DNA of 64,000 bases from Ferroacidibacillus organovorans. Its GTDB lineage: Bacteria; Bacillota; Bacilli; Alicyclobacillales; SLC66. Below are positions 31,424 through 40,634 of this stretch, piece by piece. The notes below the pieces were generated by a model, which was not told the origin of the DNA, did not search any database, and worked only from the letters and a program-made list of their open reading frames with translations. Location: contig NZ_LSUQ01000004.1 in assembly GCF_001642725.1 (NCBI RefSeq), forward strand, positions 1 to 64,000. The letters run 5' to 3'. How positions within the stretch are numbered: the first letter of the stretch is position 1; each line of letters starts with the position of its first letter. A program made the translations under genes and the position numbers.

Positions 31424-32487
31424 CCGAACAAAAGGGGGATGCGTTTGCGACGCGCGATTTGTACCGCGAAGCGGGCGTGGACATCGACGCGGGAAATGAA
31501 CTGGTAAGACGCATCAAGCAGCACACGGAGCGCACGCGCAGGCCGGAAGTGTTATCCGGGATCGGCGGCTTTGGTGCGGGGTTCTTGCTTAAGGCGGGCC
31601 AGTATGAGGAGCCTGTGCTCGTTTCGGGAACGGATGGCGTGGGAACGAAGCTGAAGCTCGCGTTTGAGACAGGGCGGCACGACACGATCGGGATTGACGC
31701 GGTGGCGATGTGTGTCAACGACATTTTGGCGATGGGTGCAGAACCGCTGTTTTTTCTCGACTACTTTGCGACAGGTAAGCTTTTGCCCGACGTGGCGGAG
31801 CAAGTGGTGGCGGGGATTGCGACAGGTTGTGAGCAGGCAGGCGCGGCGCTGATCGGCGGTGAGACGGCGGAGATGCCAGGGATGTACGGCGAGGGTGAGT
31901 ACGACCTGGCCGGTTTCACGGTAGGTGTCGTTGAGCGCGCGCGGGTTGTTGACGGGCGTCGTATTCGACCGGGGGATGTCCTGATCGGACTCGCGTCTTC
32001 GGGGCTTCACTCAAACGGTTATTCGCTTGCGCGGATGCTTGTGCGCGAGGCGAATGTGTCACTTCAGAGCACGCCACAACCGCTCACAGTGCCACTCGCC
32101 GACGCGCTGCTTGAGCCGACGCGCATCTACGTTTCAGCGATAAAGAAACTCGCACAGCGCGTGGAAATTCTTGGCATGGCGCACATCACGGGTGGGGGAC
32201 TGCTTGAGAATGTGCCGCGCACGATCCCGGAGCCGTTTGGCTGTGTGATCGATGTCTCTGCGTTTCCCGTCCCATCCGTCATCGAATACTTAATGAGCTT
32301 GCGTGAAATCGATGTGCAAACGCGCTATCGCACGTGGAACATGGGAATCGGTTTTGTGGTCATCGTGACAAACGCGGAGCTTGACGATGCGCTTGAGACG
32401 CTCGCGGCATGCGGTGAGACGGCCTACGTGATCGGCAGTGTGGAGGCTGGATTCTCAGGTGTGCGGCTTGAGGGCTTGATGGAATGA
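31420..32487 (+). CDS. purM: AIR synthetase (phosphoribosylformylglycinamidine cyclo-ligase)
   Basis: AGVDID, TDGVGTK, GGETAEMPG, SSGLHSNG, HITGGG. Confidence 0.98.
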   Translation: MTEQKGDAFATRDLYREAGVDIDAGNELVRRIKQHTERTRRPEVLSGIGGFGAGFLLKAGQYEEPVLVSGTDGVGTKLKLAFETGRHDTIGIDAVAMCVNDILAMGAEPLFFLDYFATGKLLPDVAEQVVAGIATGCEQAGAALIGGETAEMPGMYGEGEYDLAGFTVGVVERARVVDGRRIRPGDVLIGLASSGLHSNGYSLARMLVREANVSLQSTPQPLTVPLADALLEPTRIYVSAIKKLAQRVEILGMAHITGGGLLENVPRTIPEPFGCVIDVSAFPVPSVIEYLMSLREIDVQTRYRTWNMGIGFVVIVTNAELDDALETLAACGETAYVIGSVEAGFSGVRLEGLME

Positions 32488-33083
32488 GTGACGCGCGACG
32501 TGAGCGGACCCTAATCGCTGTGTTTGCGTCAGGGTGTGGATCGAATTTTGCGCAACTCGCGGACGCGGCGCAGCGCGGCGCGCTCGGGGGTGCCGAGGTG
32601 GCGCTTCTCGTCAGTGACAAACCGTCTTGCGGCGCTGTGACCATTGCTAAAGAACGGGGCATTCCGGTCTTTGCACAGACGCATCAAGCGGCAGGGGGAC
32701 GCGACGCGTTTGAGTTAGCGGCGCGCCGATTGCTGAGCGAGCGCTCGGTCTCACTTGCTGTGCTCGCCGGATACATGCGCATCGTTGGGCAGACACTGCT
32801 TGACAGCGTTCCGCTGATCAATCTTCACCCGTCGTATCTACCGGCGCACAAGGGGCTCGACGCGATTGGACAAGCGCTTAGTGACGGCTCGCAGTATACG
32901 GGCGTCACAGTGCACCGCGTCGATGCAACGCTTGATGGCGGGGAGATTCTGCGGCAGGTGCGTATCCCAATTTTTGCAGGGGATGACCGCGCGACATTGC
33001 AGGCGCGCATACAGCAGGTGGAGCACTGGTTACTCCCAGCTGTCGTGCGCGATCTGGTCTTATCAGAGTTTATCGATCGATAA
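32484..33083 (+). CDS. purN: GAR formyltransferase
   Basis: FASG.GSN, LAGYMRI, NLHPS.LP, GVTVH. Confidence 0.95.
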   Translation: MSDARRERTLIAVFASGCGSNFAQLADAAQRGALGGAEVALLVSDKPSCGAVTIAKERGIPVFAQTHQAAGGRDAFELAARRLLSERSVSLAVLAGYMRIVGQTLLDSVPLINLHPSYLPAHKGLDAIGQALSDGSQYTGVTVHRVDATLDGGEILRQVRIPIFAGDDRATLQARIQQVEHWLLPAVVRDLVLSEFIDR

Positions 33084-33096
33084 AGGAGCATTCACG

Positions 33097-34629
33097 ATGA
33101 GTCGGGCACTGATTAGCGTATCAGATAAGGAAGGAATCATCCCGTTGGCACAGGCGTTTGTCGCACGCGGCGTCGAGGTTGTCTCGACGGGCGGCACGTA
33201 TCGCACGCTGACGGCGGCAGGCGTACCTGTCACCGAAGTGGCGGAAGTGACTGCGTTTCCAGAGATGATGGATGGGCGCGTCAAGACGCTTCACCCGATG
33301 ATTCACGGGGGACTTCTCGCGCTGCGCGATGAACCAAGCCACATGGAGGCGGCGCGCGAACATCAAATTGGCATGATTGACTATGTGATCGTAAACCTTT
33401 ATCCATTTGCAAAGACGATTGAGAATCCAAATGTTCACCTGGCAGAAGCGGTTGAGCAGATCGATATCGGGGGTCCGAGCATGTTGCGCGCGGCGGCGAA
33501 AAATTACCGCTTTGTCGTCACCGTGGTCGATCCGGCCGACTACGGCCTATTGATTGAGCGACTTGCGACTGACGCTGTGTTCGCGGAAGAAGAGCGCTTC
33601 GCACTGGCCGCTAAAGTCTTTCGCCACACGGCGGCGTATGACGCGCGCATCGCGCAATACCTGACGGAAAAGGCGGGCGTCTCGAACCCGGAATCGGTTA
33701 CGTTTTCGTATGAATTGCAACAGCCACTGCGCTATGGTGAAAATCCACACCAACAGGCAGCGTTTTATCGCGCGTCGGGCGTGCTGGCAGGATCGCTTGC
33801 GAGCGCAAAGCAACGGCAAGGGAAGGAACTCTCCTTTAACAACATTCAGGATGCGGGCGCGGCGCTCGATCTATTAACAGAGTTTGACCAACCGACGGTG
33901 GTCGCCGTTAAGCACATGAATCCGTGTGGCGTCGGGACGGGAGTCACGGCGGCTGAAGCGTTCGCGCGCGCGTACGAGGCGGACCCTGTGTCCATTTTCG
34001 GAGGAATCGTCGCCTGCAACCGCGAGGTGGACGAGGCGACGGCGAGCCAACTCGTGGAGTTGTTTTTGGAGATTGTGATTGCGCCGACGTTCACGAGCGG
34101 AGCGCTTGAGATTCTCGCGAAGAAAAAGAATGTCCGTGTCCTTGAACTGGATATGGCGGAGCGCAAGAATGAGGGCGTCGATCTGCGCGCGGTGTATGGC
34201 GGGCTACTTGTGCAGGATCGCGATGCGCGTGCGCTGACAGATGCGGATTTGCGTGTCGTGACCGCACGGCAACCGAGTGAAGAAGAGTGGGCTGACTTGC
34301 TTTTTGCGTGGAAGATCGTGAAGCACGTCAAGAGCAACGCAATCGTTCTTGCCAAGGACGCGCAGACGGTCGGCGTCGGTGCGGGACAGATGAACCGTGT
34401 GGGTGCGGCGCGCATCGCGATCGAACAGGCAGGGGAGCGCGCAGTTGGCGCGGTGCTGGCGTCAGACGCCTTTTTCCCGATGCCAGATACGGTGGAAGTG
34501 GCGGCACGCGCTGGCGTGCGCGCGATTATTCAACCAGGTGGCTCGATCAAAGATCAAGCGAGTATCGATCTCGCGAATGAGCGCGGCATCGCCATGGTGT
34601 TCACGGGAATTCGCCATTTTCGTCACTGA
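33097..34629 (+). CDS. purH: Bifunctional AICAR transformylase / IMP cyclohydrolase
   Basis: RALISVSDK, GRVKTLHP, IDIGGP, RYGENPHQ, SDAFFP, RHFRH. Confidence 0.98.
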   Translation: MSRALISVSDKEGIIPLAQAFVARGVEVVSTGGTYRTLTAAGVPVTEVAEVTAFPEMMDGRVKTLHPMIHGGLLALRDEPSHMEAAREHQIGMIDYVIVNLYPFAKTIENPNVHLAEAVEQIDIGGPSMLRAAAKNYRFVVTVVDPADYGLLIERLATDAVFAEEERFALAAKVFRHTAAYDARIAQYLTEKAGVSNPESVTFSYELQQPLRYGENPHQQAAFYRASGVLAGSLASAKQRQGKELSFNNIQDAGAALDLLTEFDQPTVVAVKHMNPCGVGTGVTAAEAFARAYEADPVSIFGGIVACNREVDEATASQLVELFLEIVIAPTFTSGALEILAKKKNVRVLELDMAERKNEGVDLRAVYGGLLVQDRDARALTDADLRVVTARQPSEEEWADLLFAWKIVKHVKSNAIVLAKDAQTVGVGAGQMNRVGAARIAIEQAGERAVGAVLASDAFFPMPDTVEVAARAGVRAIIQPGGSIKDQASIDLANERGIAMVFTGIRHFRH

Positions 34630-34642
34630 GTATAGCAACATG

Positions 34643-34676
34643 GCTCGAATCGGGGCTTCCCGGTTCGGGCTTTTTT
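34643..34676 (+). terminator. Intrinsic terminator-like hairpin between purH and purD
   Basis: GCTCGAATCGGG-GCTT-CCCGGTTCGGGC stem (2 G-U pairs) followed by TTTTTT. Confidence 0.7.
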
Positions 34677-34700
34677 CGATGAATGAGGGGGACAACGAGA

Positions 34701-36005
34701 ATGAAGGTATTGGTTATCGGGAGTGGCGGGCGCGAACACGCAATCGTCCGCAAAATTGCGCGGGATCGCGGTGTACAAAAGCAAAGTGGGCGTGCGGGGA
34801 CAGATGCTGATTCGACGCTCACGCTCTACGCCATGCCTGGCAATCCGGGAATTGCAGAGTATGCGACGTGTGTGCCGATCGCAGTTGAGGATGTAGCGGC
34901 GATTGTCGCATGGGTTGTTCAAAACGCGGTGGATTTCACGATCGTCGGCCCTGAGGTTCCGCTTGCGCTTGGGCTTGCTGATCGCCTGCGCGCGCTCGGG
35001 CATCGGGTGTTTGGTCCGGGTCAGGCAGGCGCGCAACTTGAGAGCAGCAAAGCGTACGCAAAAGGAATCATGGAGCGAGCGGGCATCCCTACGCCGCGCT
35101 ATCATGTGGTCACATCCTATGAAGAGGGGATGGCGGTGCTTGCGCGCGAGGGTGCGCCGATTGTTGTCAAGGCGGATGGTCTTGCGGCGGGCAAAGGCGT
35201 CACCGTGGCGCAAACAGAAGATGAAGCAGAGCGGGCGCTTCACGCCGCGTTTCAGGAGCGCGCGTTTGGCGATGCTGGGGGCACAGTGGTGCTTGAGCAG
35301 TTCTTGGACGGCGTTGAAGTGTCTGCGCTCGCCTTCATGGATGAGCGCGGGTATCGCGCGATGCCGCTGATTCAGGATCACAAGGCAGTGGATGACGGAG
35401 ATCGCGGACCGAACACAGGCGGCATGGGAACGGTCTCTCCCGTTTCCATCGCAAGCGCCGCGTTGTCGACGGCGATTGAGGAAGAGATTTTTACAAAAAT
35501 CCATAAACAGCTTGTGGCAGAAGGCATTCCGTATCAAGGGGTGCTGTTCGCGGGCTTGATGGTGGTCGATCAGACGCCGTATGTGATCGAGTTTAACGCG
35601 CGTTTCGGAGATCCAGAAACGCAAGTGGCGCTGGAGCTTTTGCAGGATGATCTCTTGTCCGTGTTGGAGGCTGTCACAAAAAACAGTGTGGCAGAGCATC
35701 CGCTGCACTTTGCAAATGACGCGGTGGTGTGTGTGGTCGCGACCGCGCAAGGGTATCCAGGGACGTACCGCAAGGGAGATTTGATCGAGGGACTTAACGA
35801 TGTGGAGTCGGCAGGCGCGTATGTGCTCCACGCGGGAACGGCACTTGCTGGCGATGGCTCTGTGCGGACAAACGGCGGACGCGTCCTCAATGTCGTCGGG
35901 CGCGGAGTGTCTCTGCATGATGCGCGCGTGATCGCTTATGGCGGCATGGAGCGCATTTCTTTTCCCGGCAAGCATGTGCGCACGGACTTGGGCTTGCGTC
36001 GGTGA
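34701..36005 (+). CDS. purD: Phosphoribosylamine--glycine ligase
   Basis: GSGGREHA, KADGLAAGKGV, GPNTGGMG, EFNARFGDPE; short insertion before PGNPG. Confidence 0.97.
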   Translation: MKVLVIGSGGREHAIVRKIARDRGVQKQSGRAGTDADSTLTLYAMPGNPGIAEYATCVPIAVEDVAAIVAWVVQNAVDFTIVGPEVPLALGLADRLRALGHRVFGPGQAGAQLESSKAYAKGIMERAGIPTPRYHVVTSYEEGMAVLAREGAPIVVKADGLAAGKGVTVAQTEDEAERALHAAFQERAFGDAGGTVVLEQFLDGVEVSALAFMDERGYRAMPLIQDHKAVDDGDRGPNTGGMGTVSPVSIASAALSTAIEEEIFTKIHKQLVAEGIPYQGVLFAGLMVVDQTPYVIEFNARFGDPETQVALELLQDDLLSVLEAVTKNSVAEHPLHFANDAVVCVVATAQGYPGTYRKGDLIEGLNDVESAGAYVLHAGTALAGDGSVRTNGGRVLNVVGRGVSLHDARVIAYGGMERISFPGKHVRTDLGLRR

Positions 36006-36081
36006 TGGAATCGTAGTGTGTGGACATACTACGGATGAATCGTACAGGAGCGTTTGGTGTGCGGTTTAAAGGGGTTATGCG

Positions 36082-36645
36082 ATGCAGTCGATCGTTGTTC
36101 ACGCGAGCATGTCAGGGCACACGGAGACGCTTGCAAACGCGATTGCGCAAGGCGCGCATGTGGCAGGGGCGCAGGTCGCCATGCTCTCAGCCGATCAGTG
36201 CGGACCTGACCATCTCGCATCGGCGGATGCGATCTTTTGGGGAACTTCCAGTTATTTTGGCGGTCCCAATCCGAAGATGGTTCACCTGTTTGAGCGACTC
36301 GGCGGGGTTTGGATGGCGGGCGGTCTACAGGGAAAAGTGGGTGGTGTCTTTGCGACGACATCCACGATGCACGGCGGTCTTGAGACGGTGCTGCACACCT
36401 TGATCGACGCGATGATGCACCACGGCATGATCATCGTCCCAAATACGGGGGCATTCACGCCAGAGCGTATCCGCTTCGGGTGTCCATATGGCGCGGCAGC
36501 GGTGGTGGAGACGGCGTTTGACATGGAGATGGCTATGGGGCAACCGACGCCCGGTGAGATGCAACTCGCGTATGAGTACGGGCAGTGTGTTGTTTCGGTT
36601 GCCTCGCGATTGCGCAGTGCGCAACCGCCGTACATGGCGCGCTGA
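36082..36645 (+). CDS. WrbA-like flavodoxin / NAD(P)H:quinone oxidoreductase
   Basis: SMSGHT FMN loop, LQGKVGGVF, HGGLET, MHHGMIIV, PYGA. Confidence 0.85.
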   Translation: MQSIVVHASMSGHTETLANAIAQGAHVAGAQVAMLSADQCGPDHLASADAIFWGTSSYFGGPNPKMVHLFERLGGVWMAGGLQGKVGGVFATTSTMHGGLETVLHTLIDAMMHHGMIIVPNTGAFTPERIRFGCPYGAAAVVETAFDMEMAMGQPTPGEMQLAYEYGQCVVSVASRLRSAQPPYMAR

Positions 36646-36738
36646 TCGCTTGCGATGTAGCTCGGAATGTAGCGTAGCGTGGGGAATTTTTGCCGCGTGG
36701 CGGATTGCGTAACCGATGAACCATGAGGAGGCGATGGG

Positions 36739-36930
36739 GTGGATCACAAGACAGATCACAAAGCGGATGAACCATCCACCATGCATTTATCCATTCTCGC
36801 GTCAAAGTCGCAGGCGCAAGGTATCCCTGAAGATGAACTTGTAGAGAAAGAGCGTGAGACTTTTCGCGATGCGGGAAGCCGCGAGGTTTTGAAAACGCGT
36901 GACGCGCAAGAGATCGTGCGTCACGTCTAA
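36739..36930 (+). CDS. Small hypothetical protein (63 aa)
   Basis: GAGGAGG RBS 7 nt before GTG; fills an otherwise empty intergenic space. Confidence 0.5.
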   Translation: MDHKTDHKADEPSTMHLSILASKSQAQGIPEDELVEKERETFRDAGSREVLKTRDAQEIVRHV

Positions 36931-37149
36931 GCTTTTTGACACTGCGAGAAGCGTGTGCGTCGTACCGATGAAAATCGGCGGCGTGCACGTTTTTTTCGTA
37001 TCTAGATAAGGATTCTCCAATGTTGCATCGACAAGATGAGGTGCGTGTTGGATGCTTAAAGATAGGGAATTTACACGTTTGTCATATTTCCCTTTATCTC
37101 TTTTCACGATTGAAAAGAGTATGTATAATGACGATAGGAACGGTGATAC

Positions 37150-38034
37150 ATGCCGAGAAATGCAACGGATCTCATTTTAAAGTACCTGGTGGGCGCCTTT
37201 CAGGACGCTGCGCTTGAATGGCTAGGTGTGCGTGATACTCATATTGTTCGAGCCTACCCAACCGAAATTGCGCATGTAGAAATACGGCAGAATTTTATGG
37301 ATACCGTTTTTGAAACGGCGCGTGGTGAAATCCTTCACTTTGAATTTCAGACGACAAAAGAAAGCAATTTATATCGCTTTCTTTTGTATGATGCACATAT
37401 TGCGGCACAATATCGTAAACCTGTGCAGACGATCGTACTGTATGTTCGCGATGTACATCATGCTAAAGATCGGATTGATGCGGGAGGGTTGCAGTATCAG
37501 GTAGAGAATGTTTATTTAAAAATACGTGACGCGTATGCGACACTTGATCGCATTGAACGTCGAATCCACGCTGGAGCGTGGCAACCGAGTGATCGATTTG
37601 ATTTGGCGTTTGCTCCACACATGAGCCACCCTGGTCAATCCATTGAGGATGTGTTGCGAAGAACGGTTGAACTGGCGCTCTCTATCCCGGATGCAGATGA
37701 GCGGAGTTTCATGGCAGCCCTTTTGATTGGCTTGAGTGGAAAATTTGTAGATGAGTCAGAAATGGCAAGGCTTGAGGAGGCGTTGCAGTTGAATGACCTT
37801 TTGAAATCATTGTTCGAAGATATCGCCAGTAAGGTTGAGCAAGAGGCGGAAGCGCGTGGTGAGGCGATTGGAGAAGCGCGCGGTGAGGTGATTGGAGAAG
37901 CGCGTGGTGAGGTGATTGGAAAAATTGAAGTGGCTAAGAGAATGATCCGCATGGGATTGGATCGTAGTGTCGTGTTGGAGGCGACTGGACTTTCTCACAG
38001 TCAACTGGAAGAATTGCAGAAAAACGTGCATTGA
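37150..38034 (+). CDS. Rpn-family (PD-(D/E)XK-like) recombination-promoting nuclease / putative transposase
   Basis: D...HFEFQT catalytic pattern, (EARGExIG)n repeats, C-terminal IEVAKRM..MG......ATGLS...LEEL; AT-richer than flanks. Confidence 0.85.
   Translation: MPRNATDLILKYLVGAFQDAALEWLGVRDTHIVRAYPTEIAHVEIRQNFMDTVFETARGEILHFEFQTTKESNLYRFLLYDAHIAAQYRKPVQTIVLYVRDVHHAKDRIDAGGLQYQVENVYLKIRDAYATLDRIERRIHAGAWQPSDRFDLAFAPHMSHPGQSIEDVLRRTVELALSIPDADERSFMAALLIGLSGKFVDESEMARLEEALQLNDLLKSLFEDIASKVEQEAEARGEAIGEARGEVIGEARGEVIGKIEVAKRMIRMGLDRSVVLEATGLSHSQLEELQKNVH
37849..37920 (+). repeat. Three tandem 24-bp coding repeats in rpn
   Basis: GAAGCGCG(T/C)GGTGAGG(C/T)GATTGGA x3, encoding EARGE(A/V)IG. Confidence 0.95.
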
Positions 38035-38116
38035 GGTTTGCAATTTGCAGCGGATACAAGAGATTTGACCCGGATGCCCGAGGGATGTACGCTATGGAGA
38101 GAAAGGGTGGAATCTC

Positions 38117-38449
38117 TTGGTAACATTACATATTGTGGTGGGCGTCGCGCTTCTTCTCGTCTCGCTCATCCTGATGATTTGGAATATCGTGCGCATCACG
38201 CAGAAGCGAAGCGGTCGCAGCTTCAGCCGCCTGCTGTCGACACTTGTCGATATTCAGGTCTTGCTTGGCATCATCGCGTACATGCTAAAGCCGCTCAGCG
38301 GGATCGGCATTCTCCATCCGATCACGATGCTGCTCGTTCTCGCAGTCGTCCACACGATGATTCGGGACAAGCGCCCAGAGCGCACGCAGTTGATCGGTTA
38401 TATCCTCACGTTTGTCTTGATCGTCATCGGCGTCAGTTTTGTGCGCTAA
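38117..38449 (+). CDS. Small 4-TM membrane protein
   Basis: Four hydrophobic segments; AAAGGGTGG RBS before TTG. Confidence 0.75.
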   Translation: MVTLHIVVGVALLLVSLILMIWNIVRITQKRSGRSFSRLLSTLVDIQVLLGIIAYMLKPLSGIGILHPITMLLVLAVVHTMIRDKRPERTQLIGYILTFVLIVIGVSFVR

Positions 38450-38716
38450 TGTAACTGTATCCGTGTGATACGGTGAGCGCAGTGTGTTGACCCAAACATC
38501 GTTTTTCAAAAAAGCCATCGCGTGTCTCTCGCAGCGCGCCCGCACAGCAACTCAGGGCGCGTTGCGATGTTTGGCGCGAAAATAGTCCCCGCCTTAACGC
38601 ATTTCATCATCCGTTCCCACGCGTTGGTTCCACGGATCTACCAGCCTTTCATTTCACCTTAAATTCCACACGAATATGGACATTCTGTCACGAAACCTCT
38701 CTTTCTGTACACGCAT

Positions 38717-38754
38717 ATTGAAATTTTATGCACGTATATGTATAATAATCGAAG
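38717..38754 (+). promoter_or_regulatory. SigA promoter (TTGAAA-N17-TATAAT) overlapped by ARG boxes upstream of argC
   Basis: -35 at 38718, -10 at 38741; ATTGAAATTTTATGCACG is an ARG-box-like palindrome. Confidence 0.72.
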
Positions 38755-38771
38755 ACGAAGGGGGTGACCAC

Positions 38772-39818
38772 ATGCGTATCGCGATCTGTGGTGCAACCGG
38801 ATATAGCGGCATCGAAGCGATTCGCTTGTTGGCGCCGAGAACGGATGTAACGATTGTAGGGATATCTTCCGAGACGCAGGCGGGACTCATGCTCGAAGAG
38901 GCGGTTCCAGGATTTCGCGGATTTGCCGTAGGACGTCTGCGGTTGCTCCCGCTGCGCGCTGCAGTCACGGAGGCAGAGATTGTGATCCTCGCGCTGCCGC
39001 ACGGTGAAGCGCAGCACGTGGCGCCAGAACTTTTGGCGCAGGGAAAATCGGTGATCGACCTGAGTGGTGATCATCGACTGCCGCGTGACGCCTATGAATC
39101 CTGGTATAAAGCGGAAGTGGCGAGTGACGCGCATGCCGATGCGATTTATGGGCTTACAGAGTGGAACCGCGCAGCGATTGCTAACGCATCACTCGTCGCG
39201 AATCCAGGGTGTTACGCGACGTGCGCGGAGCTTGCGCTGTTACCGCTTCTTGAGCGCGATGTGGCGGAATCCTCGCAGATTCTTATTGATGCAAAATCGG
39301 GCGTTTCAGGCGCCGGGAAAAAGCCGACGGCGGTGACTCACTATGTTGAAGCGGATGAGAATTTTTTTGCGTATAAGCTAGGCCGGCACCAACACACGCC
39401 GGAAATTGAGATGACGTTGCGCGAGGCGAGACGAAGGCAGACAGGGCTAGATAAACCTGTGAATGTGCTTCTCGCGACGCACCTTTTGCCGATCAAACGA
39501 GGTATTTTATGCACAGCGTATATCAAACTCAAAGAAGAGATGTCGGGAGAAGCCTTACACGAGATCGTTAGCGCACGGTATGAAGGCGAGCCGTTTGTCG
39601 ATGTGTTGCCGTACGGCGTATCGCCGCAACTCAAGTGGGTGAGCGGCACGAATCGCGTCAGCATTGGTGTATATCTTGATCCGCGGACGCAGACGGCAGT
39701 CGTCCTAAGCGCGCTTGACAACCTCATCAAAGGTGCGGCGGGGCAAGCGATTCAAAATTTGAATGTGATGACAGGTGCAAACGAGCAAGAAGGGCTATGG
39801 TTTGTGCCAGCGGTCTGA
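38772..39818 (+). CDS. argC: N-acetyl-gamma-glutamyl-phosphate reductase
   Basis: GATGYSG, ANPGCYAT, SGVSGAG, DNLIKGAAGQA. Confidence 0.97.
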   Translation: MRIAICGATGYSGIEAIRLLAPRTDVTIVGISSETQAGLMLEEAVPGFRGFAVGRLRLLPLRAAVTEAEIVILALPHGEAQHVAPELLAQGKSVIDLSGDHRLPRDAYESWYKAEVASDAHADAIYGLTEWNRAAIANASLVANPGCYATCAELALLPLLERDVAESSQILIDAKSGVSGAGKKPTAVTHYVEADENFFAYKLGRHQHTPEIEMTLREARRRQTGLDKPVNVLLATHLLPIKRGILCTAYIKLKEEMSGEALHEIVSARYEGEPFVDVLPYGVSPQLKWVSGTNRVSIGVYLDPRTQTAVVLSALDNLIKGAAGQAIQNLNVMTGANEQEGLWFVPAV

Positions 39819-39834
39819 CGGAGGAAAGACACAC

Positions 39835-40614
39835 ATGACAACGCAAAAGACGATGGTCATCAAACACGGAGGAAGCGTTGAATCTTCAGGTGCGCGCCTG
39901 CTCGAAGAGGTTGCCACGGTCGCGCGTGACGTGCGCGTGACGCTGATTCACGGGGGCGGTCCGGCCATTACGGAGGCGCTAAGGCAAGGCGGTGTGGCAT
40001 CGACCTTCTTGCGCGGCAGGCGCGTCACGGACGAGCGGACGCTCTCTGTCGTTGAGGCGGTTTTGGCGGGAACGGTCAACAAGCGCATCGTGCGCGCGCT
40101 GCAAGCGGCTGGCGCAAACGCTGTGGGCGTCACTGGCGAAGATGGCGGTTTGCTGACAGCGATCCCCAGTGTAGAAGAGGGACTCGGCTTTGTTGGAGAT
40201 GTGCAGCGTGTCAACACGAAACTTCTTGAAACACTGCTTTTGGCGGGGTTCCTGCCTGTGATTGCGCCGCTTGGACTTGAGGAAAGCGGACAGTTGAGGA
40301 ATGTGAACGCGGATGCGGCAGCGGCGGCCATTGCGGGCGCGCTTCGTGCGGACTGGTTTATTTTTACGACGGATGTGGCAGGCGTTAAAGAAAGCCTGGA
40401 CGCAGAGAAACCGATTCCTAAACTCACGATCGCAGATGCCTATGCGTTGATTGAAACGGGCGTCGCGACAGGCGGAATGATTCCGAAACTTGAAGCGGCG
40501 ATGTCTGCGCTTCGCCAAGGTGCGGCGCGTGTCGCAATCTGCGACGGTCGAACGGAAGGGTTGCTTGTGCGTTTGCTCTCTGGAGAAGCGATCGGAACGG
40601 TAATGACTGCATAA
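39835..40614 (+). CDS. argB: Acetylglutamate kinase
   Basis: VIKHGG, HGGGP, RVTD, NVNAD, GGMIPKL. Confidence 0.96.
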   Translation: MTTQKTMVIKHGGSVESSGARLLEEVATVARDVRVTLIHGGGPAITEALRQGGVASTFLRGRRVTDERTLSVVEAVLAGTVNKRIVRALQAAGANAVGVTGEDGGLLTAIPSVEEGLGFVGDVQRVNTKLLETLLLAGFLPVIAPLGLEESGQLRNVNADAAAAAIAGALRADWFIFTTDVAGVKESLDAEKPIPKLTIADAYALIETGVATGGMIPKLEAAMSALRQGAARVAICDGRTEGLLVRLLSGEAIGTVMTA

Positions 40615-40634
40615 ATTTGGGAGGAGGATATGAG

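Noticed and set aside
34623..35975. Long antisense ORFs (e.g. 450 aa opposite purD, 421 aa at 996-2261, 292 aa opposite uvrA)
   Set aside because: Shadow frames of GC-rich genes with no motifs or RBS
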